From Bacillus subtilis subsp. subtilis str. 168 (GTDB lineage Bacteria > Bacillota > Bacilli > Bacillales > Bacillaceae), in NCBI RefSeq assembly GCF_000009045.1, contig NC_000964.3:4110001-4142000 (forward strand): 32,000 bases of DNA, read 5' to 3'. The position numbers were made by a program, and so were the translations under genes. Positions 13,056 through 22,338 of this stretch are shown here, piece after piece (position 1 is the stretch's first letter; every line of letters starts with the position of its first letter). The notes under the pieces are model-generated. The model was not told where the DNA came from and made no database searches. It saw only the letters and a list, made by a program, of their open reading frames with translations.

Positions 13056-13070
13056 TGGTTACGCTTTCAT
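13056..13070 (-). promoter_or_regulatory. Candidate CcpA cre upstream of the PTS remnant/bglA
   Basis: Minus strand reads ATGAAAGCGTAACCA, full match to WTGNAANCGNWNNCW, overlapping a TATAAT-like -10. Confidence 0.65.
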
Positions 13071-13192
13071 TATAATTGTAACGGTATAATTTATCAATTC
13101 CGAAACAAAATATTTACGCACTAACTATCATTGTAAGCGGTTTATGCTATAATTTTGACAAGTGAAACTAAACGAATAAATGAGGAATGCGT

Positions 13193-13903
13193 ATGTTAAA
13201 ATACCAGCAAATCGCAACGGAAATTGAAACATATATAGAAGAACACCAGCTTCAGCAGGGAGACAAACTGCCAGTCCTAGAAACCCTCATGGCCCAGTTT
13301 GAAGTCAGCAAAAGCACCATCACAAAGTCCCTCGAGCTATTAGAGCAAAAAGGCGCGATCTTTCAGGTCAGAGGAAGCGGCATTTTCGTCAGAAAACATA
13401 AACGAAAAGGCTATATCAGCCTTCTGTCGAATCAGGGATTTAAAAAAGATCTCGAGGATTTCAACGTCACCTCAAAAGTCATCGAACTGGACGTGAGAAA
13501 GCCAACACCGGAAGCGGCGGAAAACCTGAACATCGGAATGGACGAGGACATCTACTATGTCAAAAGGGTCCGCTACATCAACGGCCAGACCCTTTGCTAC
13601 GAAGAATCCTATTACACCAAATCCATCGTGACGTATTTAAACAACGAAATCGTCTCCCACTCCATCTTCCATTACATCCGGGAAGGACTGGGGTTGAAGA
13701 TTGGTTTTTCTGATTTGTTTCTGCACGTGGGCCAGCTTAATGAGGAAGAAGCGGAATATTTGGGATTAGAGGCTGGACTGCCGAAGCTGTATATAGAAAG
13801 TATTTTTCACCTGACAAATGGGCAGCCGTTTGATTACTCGAAGATTTCGTATAATTATGAGCAGTCGCAGTTTGTGGTACAGGCTAATAGTTTTTTATTA
13901 TAG
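13193..13903 (+). CDS. yydK: GntR/HutC-family transcriptional regulator
   Basis: MLKYQQIATEIETYIEEHQLQQGDKLPVLETLMAQFEVSKSTITKSLELLEQKGAIFQVRGSGIFV wHTH plus UTRA-like ligand domain; divergent from the PTS/bglA remnant. Confidence 0.85.
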   Translation: MLKYQQIATEIETYIEEHQLQQGDKLPVLETLMAQFEVSKSTITKSLELLEQKGAIFQVRGSGIFVRKHKRKGYISLLSNQGFKKDLEDFNVTSKVIELDVRKPTPEAAENLNIGMDEDIYYVKRVRYINGQTLCYEESYYTKSIVTYLNNEIVSHSIFHYIREGLGLKIGFSDLFLHVGQLNEEEAEYLGLEAGLPKLYIESIFHLTNGQPFDYSKISYNYEQSQFVVQANSFLL

Positions 13904-13930
13904 GGCTCTTCACTACGGTAGGTGGTCGAC

Positions 13931-14089
13931 ATGTACAAAATTATCATTCCTGCCATACTAGCCATCTTTGCGCTCTGGATACTCTTACAGATTTCACTAG
14001 AGATGAGCATCGTTAAGAATCCAATGAACTACTTTATCGTATTCATTATCTTTTTCCTCTTTGTAAAGATGGTGAAAGAAAAACAATAA
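13931..14089 (+). CDS. Small putative membrane protein (52 aa), not in ORF track
   Basis: ATG 13931 to TAA 14087-14089: MYKIIIPAILAIFALWILLQISLEMSIVKNPMNYFIVFIIFFLFVKMVKEKQ; two hydrophobic segments; GGTAGGTGGTCGAC upstream. Confidence 0.5.
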   Translation: MYKIIIPAILAIFALWILLQISLEMSIVKNPMNYFIVFIIFFLFVKMVKEKQ

Positions 14090-14184
14090 TAGTTTGGGCG
14101 ATGCAAACAGAAAAACATCCTTCCCTTAACAAACTCAGCCAGTCACATGCATTAATCTTGATGTTAATGATATATAGGTGCACA

Positions 14185-14214
14185 TAAAAAGCTACTTCAT
14201 TGTGAAGTAGCTCC
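14185..14214 (-). terminator. Terminator of the yydFGHIJ operon
   Basis: Minus strand: AGCTACTTCA CAA TGAAGTAGCTTTTT, perfect 10-bp stem, 3-nt loop, U-tract. Confidence 0.85.
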
Positions 14215-14219
14215 CTTTA

Positions 14220-14942
14220 TTAAAGGCCCATTTTGATCCATCTAGTTTTAGAAAAGCGAAGGACAATCGCATTTATGATAATAATTGAAACTAAATACAA
14301 AATAATAAATAAAACATCATTACTCCCAAGTGTCATGTTATCAGATTGCAGCACTCTTTCTATTCGGGGGTACATAGTGTTACCTGCCTCAAAAGGAGCA
14401 ATGAAACCAAACGTTTTATTGCTTATAGCTACTAAGATAACAGAAGTCATCCAATAAACGATACTGACACCTATACTAATTAATATATTAGGACATAACA
14501 CGCTTATAGTTCCGATAATTAGAATATACTGCAGTATAACTGCAGAAAATAAAAAAAGTAATAATGCAAAATGCGAAAAATCATGGTACATCAACGATAT
14601 GATTAGCAGGCCTAGCGTTATAAATGCAAAACATTCTAAAAATAAAACAGCTATCTTTTTATAAAAGAAAGTATAGATGTTCTCTCCAATTAACTTGTAA
14701 AAGAGAATATTTTTGTTTGAATACTCTCTATTAATAAAGAAAGCTATAACAAATGAAAATAACATCAAACCAAACTGGGTCGCAACAGTATAGGAGCTAA
14801 AGAAAAACATTTCAGGTGTAACATTACTGACTTTATCGATTCCAACAAGTAAAAAATAACCCAGCAAAAATAAAAATACAAACATTGCTCCTAAAATAAT
14901 GATAACTTTGTTGCTAATACTCTTTTTAAACTCTAATTTCAT
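14220..14942 (-). CDS. yydJ: ABC transporter permease of the epipeptide locus
   Basis: 240-aa hydrophobic protein, six predicted TM stretches; MKLEFKKSISNKVIIILGAMFVFLFLLGYF; adjacent to the ABC ATPase. Confidence 0.85.
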   Translation of the reverse strand: MKLEFKKSISNKVIIILGAMFVFLFLLGYFLLVGIDKVSNVTPEMFFFSSYTVATQFGLMLFSFVIAFFINREYSNKNILFYKLIGENIYTFFYKKIAVLFLECFAFITLGLLIISLMYHDFSHFALLLFLFSAVILQYILIIGTISVLCPNILISIGVSIVYWMTSVILVAISNKTFGFIAPFEAGNTMYPRIERVLQSDNMTLGSNDVLFIILYLVSIIIINAIVLRFSKTRWIKMGL

Positions 14943-14962
14943 CTCAAGCCCCCACTGTTTTA

Positions 14963-15592
14963 TTACTCATTTATATACACTTCAATTAATTTATCCACTG
15001 AATGATATTGTTGAATTTCTTGGTGATTAAATATATAATAATCCCCTTCTATCGCCTTTAAATCAGACAAATCATGTGTAATGTTGATGATAATCTTCTC
15101 GGGGTTCTCCTGAATATACTTGTTTAAGAAGCCATGAATCTCTATAACCGTTTTTTTGTCTAATGAATTCGTTATTTCATCTAAAACAATAATATTTTTA
15201 TCCTCTAATAAGAAACTGAGCAATTTTAATTTTTGCTTTTGTCCATCACTCAAATTTTTGATCAGAACTTTTCCATCAATATTATCCAGATTAAGTAAAT
15301 ATGCGATTTTATCTATCATTTTTGCATCAAATTTTTTACTCAAAAAGTGTAATAAAAAGTCCTTAGAAACATCATTAGGTATATTCGACGAGCTGGATAT
15401 TAAAGAAACATTTTGACGAATATCTCTGCCGATTCTTTTGCTATTATTCAACAAAAAGTCTTTAGCAAGCTGTGATTTACCGACTCCATTTTTTCCGACA
15501 ACGTGATTAATTTTCCCGCTCGAAAAATGCAAGTCGGTGTCCTGAAGTAACGTTTTGCCTTTCACTTTTAAAGTGTAATTCGCTATATTCAT
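14963..15592 (-). CDS. yydI: ABC transporter ATPase of the epipeptide locus
   Basis: MNIANYTLKVKGKTLLQ...; Walker A GKNGVGKSQL, signature LSDGQKQKL, Walker B NIIVLDEITNSLD. Start at codon 10 of the track ORF (209 aa). Confidence 0.9.
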   Translation of the reverse strand: MNIANYTLKVKGKTLLQDTDLHFSSGKINHVVGKNGVGKSQLAKDFLLNNSKRIGRDIRQNVSLISSSSNIPNDVSKDFLLHFLSKKFDAKMIDKIAYLLNLDNIDGKVLIKNLSDGQKQKLKLLSFLLEDKNIIVLDEITNSLDKKTVIEIHGFLNKYIQENPEKIIINITHDLSDLKAIEGDYYIFNHQEIQQYHSVDKLIEVYINE

Positions 15593-15677
15593 ATACATAC
15601 TCCTAGGAAATATTTGCATAATAATAAAATGTTCTGCCTTGTGATTTGTTACTAATGTCTAAGCTTTTGAGGTACCT

Positions 15678-15704
15678 CTTTCGTTTCCGATCCGGAAGCG
15701 AAAG
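15678..15704 (-). other. Hairpin in the yydH-yydI spacer
   Basis: CTTTCGTTTCCG ATC CGGAAGCGAAAG: 12-bp stem with one mismatched/wobble position, no U-tract. Confidence 0.6.
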
Positions 15705-15741
15705 AAATGTTTTTAGATGGCTAATTTGGAGATCTTTTACT

Positions 15742-16500
15742 CTAGTTTACAATATATAATATCCAATGTACAACTGAATTCACTGCAAGGCCAATCCCTA
15801 TAATTTGAATCGTAAGAACTAACCAATGATTTGTCTTAAAACGGCTATATTCATCTAAGCTCAGAAAAGCTAAAAGAATTTTGTAACCATCAGAATTCAA
15901 TATTGGGATTAAGTTCCACAATAAAGTAGACGAGAAAAGCATAAATGCCATAGTTAATGCTTCACTGGAAAATGTAAATTGATTTATTAATTCTAATGTA
16001 TTTATTAAAAGATAATTGATAAACAAGCCAAATAAATGAACGATTATCTTTTCATTTCTTGATAGCATGTAGGTTTCATTCAATTGGACATAAAAAGCAG
16101 GAAATACATAAAAATTCAGTTTGAATCCCACTTTATCAAAGTTTTTCCCGAAAAATTTTAAGGAATAAATATGTCCCAGTTCATGAAGCACTATATTCAT
16201 TATAAAATAAATAACTATAATTATCCACATTTTCCAGCCGTAAAATACTGAGGACAATCCATTTTGCAATTTTATTAAATGAATATAATTTAATATGAAC
16301 ATGAGAGCCGTAAAGGATAAGAACAGATAAAAAAACTTTGGTGATACTTTCTCTTTATACATTTTAAAACGTAATAATTGTTTATCTGACAGAGAATTTA
16401 AACTATTTTTATAGTATTCTCCGCTTTTTTTGTCTTTTATAAATACGTTGTTTTGCACAAGCACTTCATATTTTTCATCTTCATACTTTAAAATTTTCAT
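15742..16500 (-). CDS. yydH: Membrane metalloprotease (M50/site-2-like) of the epipeptide locus
   Basis: 252 aa; HELGHIYSLKFFG (HExxH) within a TM segment and a C-terminal LIPILNSDGYKI motif. Confidence 0.85.
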   Translation of the reverse strand: MKILKYEDEKYEVLVQNNVFIKDKKSGEYYKNSLNSLSDKQLLRFKMYKEKVSPKFFYLFLSFTALMFILNYIHLIKLQNGLSSVFYGWKMWIIIVIYFIMNIVLHELGHIYSLKFFGKNFDKVGFKLNFYVFPAFYVQLNETYMLSRNEKIIVHLFGLFINYLLINTLELINQFTFSSEALTMAFMLFSSTLLWNLIPILNSDGYKILLAFLSLDEYSRFKTNHWLVLTIQIIGIGLAVNSVVHWILYIVN

Positions 16501-17440
16501 TATAGTATTTTTCCATATAAGGATAGAAGTAGTTTATTTTTTCTGCAGAGTTGAATAAGGAACCACAAACTCCACAAATAGAGGAAAATTCATAAGGAAT
16601 GTCAAATTCCTCTATTTTGTTATTTTCTTTTAAAATATTCAAAAACCATTTGAATCCTTCTTTTCTAAGAATAAATAATAGCAAATTGGAATTTAACTTT
16701 TCCACGGTTCTTTCGAAACTTTGGTTATATTCTTCCCTTAGGGTTATTTTCGTTTCAAAAATAGCAGGGGAACAACATGGATAAATTTCTCCATCATGAT
16801 GATATACAATGTCATATCCGGGACAATGTAAGGAATCTTCATCTTCAAGACTGTAAAATTTATGTATGTTTTCTTGCTTAATTCTAGTTTTAGCAGCGCC
16901 AACTGATATCATTGGAAATTTTGTTATCTTTACACCTAAGATTGAATCCCCCAATTCCTCTAAAATGTGGTTGGACATTTTGTCTTTGGTAACTGCCATA
17001 TTAAGAGAAATATCGATATCAGGGTATTTCCTGCTATGTTCTAATATGTTTTTAATACTGGAAGACTTGACAAATGGAGCATGGTACTCATCATAACTTA
17101 TAGTCAGTGCTATCACATTTAAAGAATTCATATCATGAAAGTACTCCTGGACCTTTTTCTTGCTCAAACCCCAAAATCCATTAGAGATCAACGTTATTTG
17201 TTTTTCATATGGTTTAATGATTTCCATTAGTTCTTTTAAAAATTTATAATCTAAAAAAACTTCCCCACCTGTAAAAGAAATCACTTGAATGGTTTTGTTT
17301 TTTGCAAATTCAGTTACTAACTCTCTTATGTATTCTTTTTCCATCCTGGTTGTTGAAGTTGGTGAACTAGAAAAACAACAATGGTCACAGGATGCATTAC
17401 ACCTTGAATCTAAATTGATTGATACTGTTTTATTATACAT
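16481..17440 (-). CDS. yydG: Radical SAM peptide epimerase
   Basis: 319 aa; RCNASCDHCCF (CxxxCxxC) plus further C-terminal Cys (CPGYDIVYHHDGEIYPCC, CGVCG); overlaps yydH. Confidence 0.9.
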   Translation of the reverse strand: MYNKTVSINLDSRCNASCDHCCFSSSPTSTTRMEKEYIRELVTEFAKNKTIQVISFTGGEVFLDYKFLKELMEIIKPYEKQITLISNGFWGLSKKKVQEYFHDMNSLNVIALTISYDEYHAPFVKSSSIKNILEHSRKYPDIDISLNMAVTKDKMSNHILEELGDSILGVKITKFPMISVGAAKTRIKQENIHKFYSLEDEDSLHCPGYDIVYHHDGEIYPCCSPAIFETKITLREEYNQSFERTVEKLNSNLLLFILRKEGFKWFLNILKENNKIEEFDIPYEFSSICGVCGSLFNSAEKINYFYPYMEKYYNENFKV

Positions 17441-17462
17441 GAAATATCCCCCAACAAATGGT

Positions 17463-17485
17463 AAAGGAGAGTTAGACTCTCCTTT
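17463..17485 (-). other. Perfect hairpin between yydF and yydG
   Basis: AAAGGAGAGT TAG ACTCTCCTTT: 10-bp perfect stem, 3-nt loop. Confidence 0.8.
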
Positions 17486-17497
17486 GTACCCCTCTAA

Positions 17498-17647
17498 TTA
17501 ATGACCACTTCCAAGAATCCAGCGATTTTCTTTTGATTTTACAAAATACCAAAGATCATTCACTTTTGCTAACTTTTGTGATTCATCTAATAGACCCTTA
17601 AATTCTAAGTTTTTCACAGTCTCATTGTTAGTGATTTCCTTTTTCAT
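17498..17647 (-). CDS. yydF: Epipeptide (RiPP) precursor, 49 aa; not in supplied ORF track
   Basis: Direct reading of the minus strand: MKKEITNNETVKNLEFKGLLDESQKLAKVNDLWYFVKSKENRWILGSGH*, with strong RBS GGAGGAGGGATAAT upstream; first gene of the radical SAM/protease/ABC locus. Confidence 0.95.
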   Translation of the reverse strand: MKKEITNNETVKNLEFKGLLDESQKLAKVNDLWYFVKSKENRWILGSGH

Positions 17648-17678
17648 ATTATCCCTCCTCCTTTTCTAATATAAACCA

Positions 17679-17707
17679 ATTATTCTATATCATTCAATAC
17701 ATGTCAA
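17679..17707 (-). promoter_or_regulatory. Candidate sigma-A promoter of yydF operon
   Basis: Minus strand TTGACA (17707-17702), 17-bp spacer, AATAAT (17684-17679), about 30 bp upstream of the ATG. Confidence 0.6.
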
Positions 17708-18028
17708 TATATTGTACCTAAAAAATCTGAAAAATGTCACTATTCTTGGTATATAAAGCCTATAGTCCTCTAGCCCCTCTAAGCTATACCGAATGAAAGG
17801 CCATAGTTTGATTTAAAGCTTCGTAATGAAAAGTAAAACATCAATATTGACTACACTAGTTAAGGGATATACAGATTTTAAGTGGAAGAAATGAGGCAAA
17901 CAATCTTACCCTAAACCAACCTGTACTGAAAAGCTGTTTTAAGCTCTTGCTTACCCCATTTGGCACCTCTTTCTCTCGTTTTAATTGTCTCTAAAAGCAG
18001 TTATGCGGTACTATCATATAAAGGTCCA

Positions 18029-20044
18029 ATGTTTAAAAATAATGTCATACTTTTAAATTCACCTTATCATGCACATGCTCATAAAGAGGGGTTTATTCTA
18101 AAAAGGGGATGGACGGTTTTGGAAAGCAAGTACCTAGATCTACTCGCACAAAAATACGATTGTGAAGAAAAAGTGGTAACAGAAATCATCAATTTGAAAG
18201 CGATATTGAACCTGCCAAAAGGCACCGAGCATTTTGTCAGTGATCTGCACGGAGAGTATCAGGCATTCCAGCACGTGTTGCGCAATGGTTCAGGACGAGT
18301 CAAAGAGAAGATACGCGACATCTTCAGCGGTGTCATTTACGATAGAGAAATTGATGAATTAGCAGCATTGGTCTATTATCCGGAAGACAAACTGAAATTA
18401 ATCAAACATGACTTTGATGCGAAAGAAGCGTTAAACGAGTGGTATAAAGAAACGATTCATCGAATGATTAAGCTCGTTTCATATTGCTCCTCTAAGTATA
18501 CCCGCTCCAAATTACGCAAAGCACTGCCTGCCCAATTTGCTTATATTACGGAGGAGCTGTTATACAAAACAGAACAAGCTGGCAACAAGGAGCAATATTA
18601 CTCCGAAATCATTGATCAGATCATTGAACTTGGCCAAGCCGATAAGCTGATCACCGGCCTTGCTTACAGCGTTCAGCGATTGGTGGTCGACCATCTGCAT
18701 GTGGTCGGCGATATTTATGACCGCGGCCCGCAGCCGGATAGAATTATGGAAGAACTGATCAACTATCATTCTGTCGATATTCAGTGGGGAAATCACGATG
18801 TCCTTTGGATCGGCGCCTATTCCGGTTCCAAAGTGTGCCTGGCCAATATTATCCGCATCTGTGCCCGCTACGACAACCTGGATATTATTGAGGACGTGTA
18901 CGGCATCAACCTGAGACCGCTGCTGAACCTGGCCGAAAAATATTATGATGATAATCCAGCGTTCCGTCCAAAAGCAGACGAAAACAGGCCAGAGGATGAG
19001 ATTAAGCAAATCACAAAAATCCATCAAGCGATTGCCATGATCCAATTCAAGCTTGAGAGCCCGATTATCAAGAGACGGCCGAACTTTAATATGGAAGAGC
19101 GGCTGTTATTAGAGAAAATAGACTATGACAAAAATGAAATCACGCTGAACGGAAAAACATATCAACTGGAAAACACCTGCTTTGCGACGATTAATCCGGA
19201 GCAGCCAGATCAGCTATTAGAAGAAGAAGCAGAAGTCATAGACAAGCTGCTATTCTCTGTCCAGCATTCCGAAAAGCTGGGCCGCCATATGAATTTTATG
19301 ATGAAAAAAGGCAGCCTTTATTTAAAATATAACGGCAACCTGTTGATTCACGGCTGTATTCCAGTTGATGAAAACGGCAATATGGAAACGATGATGATTG
19401 AGGATAAACCGTATGCGGGCCGTGAGCTGCTCGATGTATTTGAACGATTCTTGCGGGAAGCCTTTGCCCACCCGGAAGAAACCGATGACCTGGCGACAGA
19501 TATGGCTTGGTATTTATGGACAGGCGAATACTCCTCCCTCTTCGGAAAACGCGCCATGACGACATTTGAGCGCTATTTCATCAAAGAGAAGGAAACGCAT
19601 AAAGAGAAGAAAAACCCGTATTATTATTTACGAGAAGACGAGGCAACCTGCCGAAACATCCTGGCAGAATTCGGCCTCAATCCAGATCACGGCCATATCA
19701 TCAACGGCCATACACCTGTAAAAGAAATCGAAGGAGAAGACCCAATCAAAGCAAACGGAAAAATGATCGTCATCGACGGCGGCTTCTCCAAAGCCTACCA
19801 ATCCACAACAGGCATCGCCGGCTACACGCTGCTATACAACTCCTACGGCATGCAGCTCGTCGCCCATAAACACTTCAATTCCAAGGCAGAAGTCCTAAGC
19901 ACCGGAACCGACGTCTTAACGGTCAAACGATTAGTGGACAAAGAGCTTGAGCGGAAGAAAGTGAAGGAAACGAATGTGGGTGAGGAATTGTTGCAGGAAG
20001 TTGCGATTTTAGAGAGTTTGCGGGAGTATCGGTATATGAAGTGA
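18029..20044 (+). CDS. fbp: Fructose-1,6-bisphosphatase class III
   Basis: [28 protein letters not shown]... [35 protein letters not shown]; start at codon 24 of the track ORF (671 aa). Confidence 0.95.
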
Positions 20045-20076
20045 GGGGTGTGGGGTTCAGGGATGGTGATATGCTG

Positions 20077-20134
20077 CTCCCCTAAAAGTAGATAGATGAA
20101 TTTTAGAAAATCTGTTTGCCTTGGGGAGTTTTTT
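20077..20134 (+). terminator. Possible terminator downstream of fbp (long loop)
   Basis: CTCCCC ... 40-nt loop ... GGGGAGTTTTTTC. Confidence 0.4.
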
Positions 20135-20577
20135 CATGGCTGGACAATTATACTACAAGGAAGAAATACTAATACTTATAGAATGTAATTGGGTAATGAT
20201 TCGGAGAAAGAGGTTGCGAAATAATATGGTATTACACTGAAACAATTATCAATGGAGAACATGCACGATATAGCCGTTCTATATTCTCCCTCTATTATGG
20301 CACTCATTAGTAGACATAACCGTAAAAAAATGCACTCAAAAAAAGTCCATTCTATATAACTCTCGCTAGGGTGGACCTTTTTCAACATTCAAAGTACTAG
20401 ATTTTTTCTAGTGAAAGAATAAGAAAAGACATAAGTTCTATTTTATCACTCTGTTATAGGTTAAGTTATTACGGTGTTTCATTATATACTGAATTTAAAC
20501 ACCCTTGACATTATGGGAATTTTTAAAACAGGTTAAAAGGAAGTTCTATAAGAACTCCCTAGTTTAATATTATTTGG

Positions 20578-22338
20578 TCAAAATCTAAAACCAAAAAATC
20601 TATTTTTATCTTCATTGTTTCTATCTAATTTTGCAACAATCATACCTTTCGACTCTAATTCTTGAAGGTCATCTAATAATAATTCATTTTTATTTATTGT
20701 TACAAAATATTGTCCGATCCTATTCTCTAACAGACTTGAATTGATATGTTTTAATAATGTACCTTTTACATGAGGATCAGGATTAGAATAAGATCCGTCA
20801 TGAATTAAAATATTCAAACTACACTTATTTATACACCTGTATAAAAACCAAGTAAGATCAAATATATTTATCTTCATATGGAGTCTACCATGTGAACGTT
20901 CATCCGGTATAGAACAAGAAATTTTGATCCTTCCTGTAGTTGATTGTTTTGCGTTACTTATTCTATTATCATATTCAAAATCTAAAAATCCATGTTGGTT
21001 GTATGTAACATCCATTAGATTATTAAAAAGCTTCTTTAACTCACTAACTATAGCGCTATAAGATTGAAACTCATCATAATACATTGAATTAACTCTTAAT
21101 ATTTCATGTTGAAGTTCATTAATCTTATCAAAAATATGGTTTTTTTTATCGTAGTCACTAATTCTCAATCTTACTTCCGCTAACTCTATTTCTTTCCTTC
21201 TTTGTTCTTCCATCACAATGGAAATATCCTCAATGAAATTGTTACTCTTTAAAATTCTGGCACTTGATTCCAGTTGTTCTGTTAATCCTTGCTTTTTGAT
21301 ATTAAGTTTTTTTAAATCGGCTTGTATTTTAACAATTTTATCTTTAAAATAACTCCCTCTACTTTCTACCATGAAATTATAGAACTCTTGGACTTTATTA
21401 TAATTCTGTTTTACTTCCTCTGGAAAAAAACCTACAATATCTTCATAGAATTTTTCTATATTTTCTAATTCTTTAATCTTAGTTACTTTTTTATTTAAAT
21501 CATCTATATTTCTTTGATATTGTTTACAAATATGTTCATTTTCAAATATTTCATTTTGTATTTTATTAAGTTCACTTTTAATTTCTGAGTACCTATTTGT
21601 ATCATTATTATATTTATTGGCAGTCTTAGTTTGATAGATAACTCTATTGTAATCCTCTATCTCATTTATTAATTCATCTTCCTTAACTTTTAAATCGCCA
21701 ATGTTAATATTCATTGATTCAATCAATTTTATTTCACTATTTAATTTTTCAATCTTATCCCGAAAAACCTTTATGTTTTTTTCTGTATGAGTTGGTAAAG
21801 TAAAAAGATAGTTAAGTAATTTATATTGTTTTAACCCTCCCCTATTCGGTAAAACTATATCATTAAACCCTGTCTTTTCGTCTCTTATAATATACTCCCT
21901 TAACGCCGCAAAAGTTATATCCTCTTTCTCACCCTTTAAAATTTCCTTTTCAATAAATTTTTTATATACACTTATACTAACTTTTTTCCATTCCTCCAAA
22001 TTAAAAGTTAAAGAAGTATCATGTAATGTATAACCATGTTTAGGAGAATTAAAAGATCTAGCAAGGAATACTTGATTTCCATCAATTTCCACATTCAAAA
22101 CAATAAAAACGTTTTTATTGAGAAGAATTTCATTTGTCGTATAAAAATTTGATATAGTCTTCCCTAGTAAAAAGGAGATGCATTCAATCATCGTTGACTT
22201 ACCTACACCATTAGTCTCTTCATGATCTTCTCTCTTTTCACCAAGTATTATATTTACTCCTACAGCATTAAATTTATACTCTTTCAAAATTTCTTGGGAA
22301 TTGCAAACAAAAAGATTTTTTATAATCATAACAATCAC
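20578..22338 (-). CDS. yydD: SMC/Rad50-like ATPase with coiled coil (DUF2326 / ABC-3C ATPase type)
   Basis: 586 aa; N-terminal GVNIILGEKREDHEETNGVGKSTMIECISFLL (P-loop), long Lys/Glu/Leu-rich middle consistent with coiled coil, C-terminal LNILIHDGSYSNPDPHVKGTLL. Confidence 0.85.
   Translation of the reverse strand: MIVMIIKNLFVCNSQEILKEYKFNAVGVNIILGEKREDHEETNGVGKSTMIECISFLLGKTISNFYTTNEILLNKNVFIVLNVEIDGNQVFLARSFNSPKHGYTLHDTSLTFNLEEWKKVSISVYKKFIEKEILKGEKEDITFAALREYIIRDEKTGFNDIVLPNRGGLKQYKLLNYLFTLPTHTEKNIKVFRDKIEKLNSEIKLIESMNINIGDLKVKEDELINEIEDYNRVIYQTKTANKYNNDTNRYSEIKSELNKIQNEIFENEHICKQYQRNIDDLNKKVTKIKELENIEKFYEDIVGFFPEEVKQNYNKVQEFYNFMVESRGSYFKDKIVKIQADLKKLNIKKQGLTEQLESSARILKSNNFIEDISIVMEEQRRKEIELAEVRLRISDYDKKNHIFDKINELQHEILRVNSMYYDEFQSYSAIVSELKKLFNNLMDVTYNQHGFLDFEYDNRISNAKQSTTGRIKISCSIPDERSHGRLHMKINIFDLTWFLYRCINKCSLNILIHDGSYSNPDPHVKGTLLKHINSSLLENRIGQYFVTINKNELLLDDLQELESKGMIVAKLDRNNEDKNRFFGFRF

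Noticed and set aside
17960-18028. N-terminal extension of fbp (694-aa track ORF)
   Set aside because: Known Fbp begins [22 protein letters not shown]; the upstream 23 codons are likely leader sequence.
18029-20044. fbp as a component of the neighbouring metallophosphoesterase/ATPase system
   Set aside because: Although it is also a phosphoesterase-fold enzyme, it is a full-length class III fructose-1,6-bisphosphatase on the opposite strand with backbone-like composition.
20176-20388. 70-aa minus-strand ORF in the fbp-yydD spacer, considered as a small protein or transposase remnant
   Set aside because: No recognisable motif, lies across a candidate hairpin and I could not match it to any IS family by eye.
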